Shown here in pieces: positions 1 to 6,753 of a stretch of 13,495 nucleotides of DNA. Each line of letters starts with the position of its first letter. Within the stretch, counting starts at the first letter, position 1. The position numbers and the translations under genes were made by a program. Under the pieces are notes generated by a model, which saw only the letters and a list, made by a program, of their open reading frames with translations, had not been told where the DNA came from and made no database searches. Origin of the DNA: Candidatus Pacearchaeota archaeon (GTDB lineage: Archaea > Nanobdellota > Nanobdellia > Pacearchaeales > GW2011-AR1); assembly GCA_050124795.1 (NCBI GenBank), contig JASFEO010000022.1, forward strand, positions 1-13,495, in the 5' to 3' direction.

Positions 1-1
1 A

Positions 2-109
2 AGTTTGAAAAGAAAGTATGGCGGAAGCGTTTCAGGAAAAAGTTTGAAGAGTGTGAGAACAGAGATTTATCTGAAGGCGATTGCCCACAATCTAAGCCTT
101 GCGGCTTAG
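2..109 (+). CDS. IS5-like transposase, C-terminal fragment (5' partial)
   Basis: Frame +2 reads SLKRKYGGSVSGKSLKSVRTEIYLKAIAHNLSLAA*. This fits the (FS)xxKRxxG...E...HNL tail of archaeal IS5/DDE_Tnp_1 transposases; the stop is 4 nt before the IR. Confidence 0.8.
   Translation, partial: SLKRKYGGSVSGKSLKSVRTEIYLKAIAHNLSLAA
92..109. terminator. Hairpin CTAAGCC-N4-GGCTTAG inside IS right end; possible terminator
   Basis: Perfect 7-bp stem with a GCAA (GNRA) loop on the minus strand, 24 nt past the iscU stop. No strong U-tract. Confidence 0.3.
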
Positions 110-133
110 GAGATTTTCAACATAACATGTGTT

Positions 134-514
134 TTACTTCCTGCCCATATAATCTTCAATTGCTTTTTTTAGTGCATCACTTGCTAGATTAGAGCAATGC
201 ATCTTTAAGGGAGGCAAACCGTTTAAGGATTCTGCAACATCATTGCGGGTTATTTTTTCTGCAGCACTTAATTCTTTTCCTTTTGCAAGCTGCGTCATTT
301 TTGAAGAAGTTGCAATTGCTGCTGCGCAACCAAAAGTTTTGAATTTAATATCACTAATAATTTCTTTTCCGTCTTTCTTAGAGACTTTGATATACATTTT
401 CATAACATCTCCGCAACGCGGATTTCCAACTTTGCCAACTCCGTCAGGATTTTTAATCTCCCCCATATTTTTAGGATTCATAAAATTCTTCATTACTTCT
501 TTTGTGTATTGCAT
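134..514 (-). CDS. iscU: Fe-S cluster scaffold IscU/NifU-like (MisU type)
   Basis: NPKNMG, GNPRCGD, FKTFGCAAAIA and LPPLKMHCS; all three scaffold Cys plus Asp and His are present. Confidence 0.97.
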   Translation of the reverse strand: MQYTKEVMKNFMNPKNMGEIKNPDGVGKVGNPRCGDVMKMYIKVSKKDGKEIISDIKFKTFGCAAAIATSSKMTQLAKGKELSAAEKITRNDVAESLNGLPPLKMHCSNLASDALKKAIEDYMGRK

Positions 515-518
515 TTTT

Positions 519-543
519 ATATGAATTTATTTTCATATTTAAA
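519..543 (-). promoter_or_regulatory. iscU promoter: TATA box (536-543) overlapping ArsR/SmtB-type palindrome (519-538)
   Basis: ATATGAA-N6-TTCATAT with perfect 7-bp arms; TTTAAATA lies 21 nt before the ATG; 17/18 match to the site at 5949-5966. Confidence 0.7.
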
Positions 544-571
544 TTTTGCGGATAAAAGATTCAGAGGCGAT

Positions 572-1246
572 TTAACAGATTTTTATATTCTTAGTTTTTC
601 TTTGAACTTTAATTGCTTCTTCTAAAAATGATTTGAAATCTTTTCTTTTGTTCCAAAGAGTTTCTAACTCTTTCATAAACCTTGGATTTGATCTAACAAA
701 ATTAATATTTGAATAATTTGTTTTGCTATTTATTAAATTTTTAATTGGAGTTTTAAACAAAATTAAATGATCAACTGCTTCCATCAACGGAGATTTCCAT
801 GCTTCATATAATTTAAGTTTACCAACAACATCAACATAATGCAAATGCGTTAATTCATGAGGAACAATATAATTTAGAGTATCTTGGTTAAATTCAATTC
901 CAACAAAAACATTTTTTCCACCCCTAACATCTGCAATACCTTTTATTGTTGGAGCGAAATAGCATTTCTTATTTTGGATTAATTTATGTCCGGTTAATTT
1001 TTCCATTTCTTTGATATAGTCTTCTTCGATTTTTCTCCAATTTTTTTCAGAACCCTTTCTTAATTTTTCTAATCCATTTTTATTTTCATTATGGATTTTA
1101 GTAACTTCTTCATAAAGTTCTTTGCCACTTTTGTTAATAATTCTTTTTGAATATGGATGAAACAAAACACTTCTTCCACCTAATTCAATTAAACCAGGAA
1201 TATTTTCTGCCTCTGCTTTTGCATCAATTAAAAATTTTGTTTTCAT
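572..1246 (-). CDS. Hypothetical protein with HExxH zincin-like motif
   Basis: 224-aa ORF co-oriented with the cluster; PHELTHLHY followed by LMEAV (possible third ligand). Confidence 0.7.
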   Translation of the reverse strand: MKTKFLIDAKAEAENIPGLIELGGRSVLFHPYSKRIINKSGKELYEEVTKIHNENKNGLEKLRKGSEKNWRKIEEDYIKEMEKLTGHKLIQNKKCYFAPTIKGIADVRGGKNVFVGIEFNQDTLNYIVPHELTHLHYVDVVGKLKLYEAWKSPLMEAVDHLILFKTPIKNLINSKTNYSNINFVRSNPRFMKELETLWNKRKDFKSFLEEAIKVQRKTKNIKIC

Positions 1247-1276
1247 AAAAACTTAACAAAAACAATCCTAATAAAT

Positions 1277-1480
1277 CTATTTATTCAATTTCTTAACTAA
1301 TTCATCAATATCTTTTTCAGTCATTCCGTGAGCGCGGCAGCCGTCTTCAATAGTTTCTGCAAATGCCATTGAACAGCCAACGCATCCCATCCCGGAATCA
1401 AATAAAATTTCTGCTGCATCCTCGTTTTTTTCAAGGAGTTCGCTTAACTTTGTTTGTCGTGTTATTTTCATATTGCTCAT
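1277..1480 (-). CDS. DUF1858 / hybrid-cluster-protein-associated redox disulfide domain protein
   Basis: KIT...L.ELL, GMGCVGCSMA..ETIEDGC.AHG; AGGAG SD 5 nt before the ATG. Confidence 0.88.
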   Translation of the reverse strand: MSNMKITRQTKLSELLEKNEDAAEILFDSGMGCVGCSMAFAETIEDGCRAHGMTEKDIDELVKKLNK

Positions 1481-1488
1481 ATTTTCTC

Positions 1489-1605
1489 CTATTTGTTTTC
1501 CTTTGCTTTTTCAAGAAACTCTTCAAGTTCGCAAGCCTCACATTGCATAGTGTCTTCATCGCAACACGCAAGTTCCCGAGTTTTCTCTTTTTTTATGTGT
1601 GCCAT
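1489..1605 (-). CDS. Unannotated 38-aa Cys-rich small protein (CC-x6-CxxC)
   Basis: Hand translation MAHIKKEKTRELACCDEDTMQCEACELEEFLEKAKENK*. It fills the cysE-DUF1858 gap, its TAG overlaps the next gene's SD, and TATAAAAA (1627-1634) lies 21 nt before its ATG. Confidence 0.72.
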   Translation of the reverse strand: MAHIKKEKTRELACCDEDTMQCEACELEEFLEKAKENK

Positions 1606-1653
1606 TTTATATAAAATTAACTTTCTTTTTTATATTCTATGTATTGAAGATAT

Positions 1654-2184
1654 TTATTTTAATTCCCTATCAACTTTCTTCCCATTGAGTTTTACAATTT
1701 TGCCGGGAGTTCCGACAACAGTTGCATTGTTTGGCACATTTTTATTTATAATAAATGTGTCTGCTCCGATTTTTACATTGTTTCCGATATTTAATTTTCC
1801 AAGTAAAATCGCGCCTGTTCCAATTGTGCAGTTGTCTCCAATTGTCGGATGTCTTTTTCCTTCGTCTTTTCCTGTTCCGCCTAAAGTTACATTATGAAAC
1901 ATTGTGCAGTTTTTTCCAATCTCTGCAGTTTCTCCAATCACAGTTCCCATTCCATGATCAATAAAAAATCCTCTGCCAATAGTTGCTCCTGGATGAATTT
2001 CAATTCCAGTTAAAAATCTCATAATTTGCGAAATCAGCCTAGGAATAAAGGGTATTTTAATTTTGTAAAGCGGATGCGAAATATAACGGTGAACAACAAT
2101 AGAATGCAAACTAGGATAAAGCAAAAACTCAATGTTTTTTACTGACGGATCATTTCTATAAATTGCTTTAATGTCTTCAAACAT
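1654..2184 (-). CDS. cysE: Serine O-acetyltransferase
   Basis: [58 protein letters not shown]. Start moved to ATG 2184, 1 nt after the upstream stop. Confidence 0.93.
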   Translation of the reverse strand: MFEDIKAIYRNDPSVKNIEFLLYPSLHSIVVHRYISHPLYKIKIPFIPRLISQIMRFLTGIEIHPGATIGRGFFIDHGMGTVIGETAEIGKNCTMFHNVTLGGTGKDEGKRHPTIGDNCTIGTGAILLGKLNIGNNVKIGADTFIINKNVPNNATVVGTPGKIVKLNGKKVDRELK

Positions 2185-2185
2185 A

Positions 2186-2650
2186 TTACAAGTGCTCCGC
2201 ATTTATTTTAATAATTGATTGTTTATTCATTAGACTTTTTCTAAGTTTATCAAATTCTTCTTTTTCTTTTTTAGTTCCTTTTCTAATCATAGGTATATAA
2301 TCTTTTGTTTTTAATTTTTCAATCTTCAACGGAATAATCTTTTTCTTAGAAATCCATTGCCAGTTATCTATTTTAGAAAATCCTTCTTTTGGCAAAGTGT
2401 ATAGATAAAAATATTCTTGCGTTGGCCATCCTTCAAAAACAATTCCTTTAACTTTTCCTCTTGGAAAAATTAATCTTGTCCCCCCTCTAACTCCCTTTAA
2501 ATTTATAAGTGTCATTGCAATTGCCCTATCTCTCTTGTCTGTTGCATAAACCCCAATCTGCCTATCTTCTTTTTTATTTAACCCTGTTGCCTGCCTAGGA
2601 ATTAACTCTTTCAATTTTCTTGGAGAACCATGCCAGAGATATTTTGTCAT
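2186..2650 (-). CDS. Hypothetical protein, putative ADP-ribosyltransferase fold (HGS...YAT)
   Basis: YLWHGS, GVYATD, YLYTLP...F, WQWIS pattern resembles H-Y-type ART folds (Arr/PARP-like). ATGA overlap with the NUDIX stop. ORF is secure, function tentative. Confidence 0.55.
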   Translation of the reverse strand: MTKYLWHGSPRKLKELIPRQATGLNKKEDRQIGVYATDKRDRAIAMTLINLKGVRGGTRLIFPRGKVKGIVFEGWPTQEYFYLYTLPKEGFSKIDNWQWISKKKIIPLKIEKLKTKDYIPMIRKGTKKEKEEFDKLRKSLMNKQSIIKINAEHL

Positions 2651-3104
2651 TTCAAAAACCCCTCTTTTTCCAAAATCTCTTTATGATTATATGCGAGTTT
2701 TATTTTCTTAATTTCTTGAGGTTTAAACCATTTTACTTCACTAGTTTCATCTTTTGGTTTTGGTGTTCCTGAAATTATTTTCCCTAGATAAGGAACATCA
2801 ACGAAATGAAGTTTGCAATCTTTACTTGGCAAACCATCATAAGCATTTAATTGTTTTATAATTTTAATTTTTATTCCTATTTCTTCTGCGACTTCTCGTT
2901 TTGCTGCATCTTCCATTCTTTCTCCATACTCAACCATTCCGCCAGGCAAACCCCACAGCGACGGAAAAAAAGGATGACGAGGATCTCTTTTGCCTAATAA
3001 AATTTCTTTTTTTGAATTATCACTGGAACTCCTGCAAAAACAAACTTTTTCCTAAACAAATTTACACCTAATTTAAGCAGAGGAATTTTTATTTTGTTTT
3101 TCAT
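2647..3104 (-). CDS. NUDIX hydrolase split over two frames at about 3006-3012 (frameshifted gene, pseudogene or recoded)
   Basis: Frame 0 from ATG 3104 reads MKNK...FAGVPVIIQKK and stops at 2994-2996. The -1 frame continues EILLGKR...WGLPGGMVEYGERMEDAAKREVAEEIG (complete Nudix box). Confidence 0.85.
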
Positions 3105-3113
3105 TTTAAATTC

Positions 3114-4262
3114 TTAATCCACCAAAGGACTTATCCTCCTTAATTTTTCAACTACTTTTCTTAGTTTTTCTAAAAAATAATCTGCTTCTTCGCGTGTTGT
3201 ATATTTACTTATTGAAATCCTAATTGAAGAATTTGCTTCCTGATGACTTCTTCCTATTGACATTAAAACATGGCTTGGTTCAAGTGAATGAGATGAACAT
3301 GCTGAACCTGTTGATGTGCAAATTCCATAAGTTTCTAAATATCCGCCGATTGCTTCTCCTTCAATATTTGAAAAGGTCACATTAATATTATTGCACAACC
3401 GTTTGTCTTTAGTTGAGCCGTTTAATTTTGTATTCGGCAATTTCAAAATTTCTTCTATTAAATAATCTCTTAATTCAGTCATTTTTTTTACATCTTTTTC
3501 TCTTGCAATTTTAACTGCTTTACCAAACCCCACAATCCCGGGAATATTTTCTGTTCCGCTTCTCAAATTTCTTTCATGCCCCCCGCCATGCATTAAAGGA
3601 TTTATTTTTATCCCGTCTTTTATGTATAAAGCACCAACTCCTTTTGGTCCGTGAATTTTGTGAGCATTTAAAGTTACTAAATCCAGATTTTGTTTTTTCA
3701 CATTTAATCTAGTTTTTGTAAAACTCTGGCACGCGTCAGTATGAAATAAAACATTTTTTTCATGACAAATTTCAGAAATTTTTTCCAAATCCTGAATTGT
3801 TCCAATCTCATTATTTCCATGAATAATTGAAACAACAATTGTTTTTCCATTTAGAGAATTTTTTAATTGTTCTAAATCAACAAACCCCTCTTCATCTACA
3901 TCAAGATAAGTAACTTCTGCACCCTGTTTTTCCAACCACTTTGCAGTATTCAAAACACAATCATGCTCAATCTTTGTTGTTATAATATGATTCTTCTCAG
4001 GATAATTTTGAAAAAACAAACCTTTAATTGCCCAATTATTTGCCTCTGTCCCGCCTGAAGTAAAATAAACCTCACTAGTTTTTGCATCTATTGATTTTGC
4101 AATTATCCGACGGGCTTTTTCCATTGCATCTTTTGCCTCTTGACCAAGTTCATGAACACTTGAAGCATTTCCAAACTTTTCAGTAAAATAAGGCATCATA
4201 ACTTTCACAACTTCGTCGTCAACTTTTGTTGTTGCTGCATTGTCGAAGTATATTGTTTTCAT
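3114..4262 (-). CDS. iscS: Cysteine desulfurase, group I IscS/NifS
   Basis: YFDNAATT, FTSGGTEANN, HTDACQS, AHKIHGPKG (PLP Lys), RSGTEN, STGSACSS (catalytic Cys). Confidence 0.97.
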   Translation of the reverse strand: MKTIYFDNAATTKVDDEVVKVMMPYFTEKFGNASSVHELGQEAKDAMEKARRIIAKSIDAKTSEVYFTSGGTEANNWAIKGLFFQNYPEKNHIITTKIEHDCVLNTAKWLEKQGAEVTYLDVDEEGFVDLEQLKNSLNGKTIVVSIIHGNNEIGTIQDLEKISEICHEKNVLFHTDACQSFTKTRLNVKKQNLDLVTLNAHKIHGPKGVGALYIKDGIKINPLMHGGGHERNLRSGTENIPGIVGFGKAVKIAREKDVKKMTELRDYLIEEILKLPNTKLNGSTKDKRLCNNINVTFSNIEGEAIGGYLETYGICTSTGSACSSHSLEPSHVLMSIGRSHQEANSSIRISISKYTTREEADYFLEKLRKVVEKLRRISPLVD

Positions 4263-4603
4263 TTTTCAAAAGGTAAGTGAGGTTCAATCACTTTTCTTAG
4301 CATATCCTCAGTTTTATCAAATTTTCCCGAAGGAGTTAAATCAGGGACATCAAAAACTAAAATCTTTTTATTTGTTTTGAATAATTGATTAAAGATTGCT
4401 TCTAATCTTTTACGGGTTATTATTATCAAGTCAGCCCAATCCACATCTTTTTGTTCAACTGGATTTGGTGCCTTGCCGGGAGTTTTATCATACCCCTCAA
4501 CACCCCCAAATCTTGATTCATATCCCAGACTTTTCAAATATTCTGAAAGATATCTGCTTCTATTTTGGCCTTTTGCGCATATACATAAAATTTTTTGTTT
4601 CAT
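4259..4603 (-). CDS. LMW protein-tyrosine-phosphatase/ArsC-fold protein
   Basis: N-terminal P-loop ILCIC-AKGQN-RS (Cx5R) and VDWADLII; ATGA overlaps with both neighbours. Confidence 0.75.
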   Translation of the reverse strand: MKQKILCICAKGQNRSRYLSEYLKSLGYESRFGGVEGYDKTPGKAPNPVEQKDVDWADLIIITRKRLEAIFNQLFKTNKKILVFDVPDLTPSGKFDKTEDMLRKVIEPHLPFEK

Positions 4604-5004
4604 CTTTTCTTAATAACCTCTATCCAATTATTTGATTTTTTAAATTTGCATGAACCAATATAAAACTTTTTAAGTTTTGAATCAATTTCTGCATAGATTT
4701 CTTTTGCGCCCTCATTGAAGGCTGCCTTGCAAAACTCATTAACTAATTTTGTTCCGATTTTTTTATTTCTTAAATTTCTATTAACGCGAGTTTCATGAAT
4801 CATCACTTCACTAGTTTTTGTTGGACAGAAATATCCATTGATATACCCAAGGACATTATTTTTTTCTTCAGCAACTAACACAATTGCAAATTTATTCTTA
4901 ATTGCATTTTCAAAATCTTTCTTTTTCCAATATCTCCCCCTATCAAGTTTTTCTAATTCTAATATTCCCTTAATATCTGATTTTCTTGCTTTTCTAATTT
5001 TCAT
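4600..5004 (-). CDS. GNAT family N-acetyltransferase
   Basis: MKIRKA..SD, VLVAEE..VLGY, acetyl-CoA motif A V...RNKKIGTKL, KFY...F. Start moved to ATG 5004. Confidence 0.88.
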   Translation of the reverse strand: MKIRKARKSDIKGILELEKLDRGRYWKKKDFENAIKNKFAIVLVAEEKNNVLGYINGYFCPTKTSEVMIHETRVNRNLRNKKIGTKLVNEFCKAAFNEGAKEIYAEIDSKLKKFYIGSCKFKKSNNWIEVIKKR

Positions 5005-5005
5005 T

Positions 5006-5479
5006 TTATTTTTTCTTAACTTCATCTTTTTTAATTCTTAATATAATTGTAAAAGGAGTTAAAATAATATCAAAATCTTTTCCATTGATTTCCTTGTCAT
5101 AAACTTCAAAGGGCATTTCAATTGAGATTCCTTCACCATTCCATCCTGAAATATCTTCTCCAAGAATTTCTATATTGTCGCCGTTTTTGCCACCTATTTT
5201 AGACTCATAACATTCAACTTCTTTGTCCCAAAACTTTACTTCTGGAAATTTATTAATTAGTTTTTTTGTTTCCTCACACTGCTTTTCAAGTTCCCATGAA
5301 CCAAATCCATTTTCCAAGTCAGAAACTTCTCTATCTGTTCCCCAAACTTTTGCCAACTGTAAAATAGACATTGAAATATCAACTTTTTCACCGTGAGAAT
5401 TTGAACTGACTGATTCCCCAAGTATCTTCACTTGCATATTTTCTCCATTAAGTTTCATTTTCTTAAATTCAATTATCAT
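5006..5479 (-). CDS. Hypothetical protein
   Basis: 157-aa acidic ORF ending 1 nt before the GNAT ATG; TTTAAATG 22 nt upstream; no recognisable motif. Confidence 0.7.
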   Translation of the reverse strand: MIIEFKKMKLNGENMQVKILGESVSSNSHGEKVDISMSILQLAKVWGTDREVSDLENGFGSWELEKQCEETKKLINKFPEVKFWDKEVECYESKIGGKNGDNIEILGEDISGWNGEGISIEMPFEVYDKEINGKDFDIILTPFTIILRIKKDEVKKK

Positions 5480-5604
5480 TTTATTATCTCTCTAGAAGAA
5501 ACATTTAAATAATTTAACATTCTAGATATATTATAATTGCGTATCAGCATTGCGGGTTCCATTCCGTTTGAACCCTTTTTTATTTTTTTAATTATCTTAA
5601 TCAT
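5476..5604 (-). CDS. Possible 42-aa small ORF
   Basis: MIKIIKKIKKGSNGMEPAMLIRNYNISRMLNYLNVSSREIIK*; GAGG 6 nt upstream; ATGA overlap with the 5479 start. It also overlaps a likely promoter, so it may be chance. Confidence 0.3.
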   Translation of the reverse strand: MIKIIKKIKKGSNGMEPAMLIRNYNISRMLNYLNVSSREIIK

Positions 5605-5643
5605 CTTTTCCTCTCAACATTTTTAAGTTTAAACTGCGAAGCA

Positions 5644-5949
5644 TTACTTTCCACACCCCTTGCAATTTCCAGAGCAAAAAGTTTTTGCATGTTTGTCAAT
5701 TATTCTTAAAATTGGTAAAATTGTTTTTTTATTTAATGAATAAATTCTTTCCTTTCCCTTTTGTTTTACAACAACAATATTGCAATTCCTTAAAGAAGCC
5801 AGTGCATGGGATAATTTGCTTTGTTCAACATTCAACTCTTTAACAAGTTCTGAAACATTTTTTTGTTTTTCTTTTAATGATGAAACAATTTGAATTCTAA
5901 GTGGATTTGCAAGGTTAGTAAAGAAAACATGGTATGTATTCGATTTCAT
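5644..5949 (-). CDS. ArsR/SmtB family transcriptional regulator with C-terminal Cys cluster
   Basis: LANPLRIQI, NVSELVKEL..EQSKLSHAL..LR, KGKERIYSL winged HTH; tail HAKTFCSGNCKGCGK. Confidence 0.92.
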   Translation of the reverse strand: MKSNTYHVFFTNLANPLRIQIVSSLKEKQKNVSELVKELNVEQSKLSHALASLRNCNIVVVKQKGKERIYSLNKKTILPILRIIDKHAKTFCSGNCKGCGK

Positions 5950-5978
5950 ATGAAAATAATTTCATAAAAGTATTTAAA
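5949..5978 (-). promoter_or_regulatory. arsR promoter: TATA box (5971-5978) and autoregulatory palindrome (5949-5966)
   Basis: TATGAAAATAATTTCATA abuts the ATG; TTTAAATA 21 nt upstream; TGAA-N6-TTCA is the core of SmtB/CzrA operators. Confidence 0.72.
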
Positions 5979-6054
5979 TATTTCTATGGGTTCTAGCCTG
6001 TGCAGGCAACAGACATATGTCACCTGCGTATACATTTAGGAACCAATAATAAAA

Positions 6055-6062
6055 TTTAAAAG
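6055..6062 (+). promoter_or_regulatory. TATA box of methyltransferase gene
   Basis: AAAA-TTTAAAAG 21 nt before ATG 6084. Confidence 0.5.
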
Positions 6063-6083
6063 TCCAAAACCTTCTTTTGGCAT

Positions 6084-6671
6084 ATGAAAAAAACCTTAAG
6101 AGAATATATATTAGAAAATACAATTAGGGAAAGCATATTTCATTCTAATCTTCTAAGTTATCTTTTATCCTTAGAAAATAAAGTCATAGTTGATTGTGGC
6201 TGTGGGAGCTCATTAGAAATACCACTAATTTGCGGAGAAAAAAATAAGGCCTATCAGATTGATTCTGGCTCCAGTCCCTCGTTCGATGACCTAAAACCTA
6301 ATCTACAAAAAGAAAACATTCCACTCAATGTTCTCAAAGGGGATTTATACAACCTTCCTTTTAAAATACACTTTATAGATACATTAATTCTTCTGGGAGT
6401 AAAACCAATATATGAAATATTGGTAAGAGCACCTGAATGGATAAACCATATGAAGGAAACCGGCGAAGTCATAACAATGTGGGGAAAAGGAAATAGATAT
6501 AACTGCAAAAAGGATCCAATTATCCAAGGAATTTATAATTTCGAAAAGAACAATAATTCTAAGTATCATTTCTACCTAAAAGATCATTTCAAAGTATATT
6601 CTAAATATTATGGAGATTTTCATTTTAGTATCGGAAGAGTGAAATGGTGGGAATCCTTTGAGATACTTTAA
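6084..6671 (+). CDS. Class I SAM-dependent methyltransferase-like protein
   Basis: Motif I VIVDCGCGS, YQID, KGDLYNLPF, IDTLIL. Confidence 0.75.
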   Translation: MKKTLREYILENTIRESIFHSNLLSYLLSLENKVIVDCGCGSSLEIPLICGEKNKAYQIDSGSSPSFDDLKPNLQKENIPLNVLKGDLYNLPFKIHFIDTLILLGVKPIYEILVRAPEWINHMKETGEVITMWGKGNRYNCKKDPIIQGIYNFEKNNNSKYHFYLKDHFKVYSKYYGDFHFSIGRVKWWESFEIL

Positions 6672-6753
6672 TAATTTTTGTTAAATTTCTTTCAATGCAA
6701 CAAAATTCTTTTTCCATTCTCCGCCTCAATAGAACTAAGACCTTTTTTTGCAA

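Larger units (their letters stand above)
1..128 (+). mobile_element. Right end of an IS5-like (DDE) insertion sequence, truncated by window start; terminal IR at 114-128
   Basis: TTTTCAACATAACAT (114-128) is the exact reverse complement of ATGTTATGTTGAAAA (13388-13402) and follows a transposase-like C-terminus. Exact end uncertain by about 2 nt. Confidence 0.85.

Noticed and set aside
1-192. Open frame +1 (KFEKKVWRK...CPQSKPCG...)
   Set aside because: Crosses the IS boundary and overlaps iscU antisense; frame +2 gives the recognisable transposase tail.
1604-1617. Palindrome ATTTTATATAAAAT at the microprotein start as a third ArsR site
   Set aside because: All A/T and lacks the TGAA/TTCA core; expected by chance.
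5530-5580. Fluoride-riboswitch-like words (GGAATGG...GCTGAT) on the minus strand
   Set aside because: The required P1/pseudoknot pairing and spacing are missing, and there is no fluoride-related gene downstream.
4259-5949. Arsenic resistance operon (ArsR + ArsC-like + GNAT)
   Set aside because: No arsB/acr3/arsA, the Cx5R protein lacks the resolving cysteines, and the shared operator points to iscU instead.
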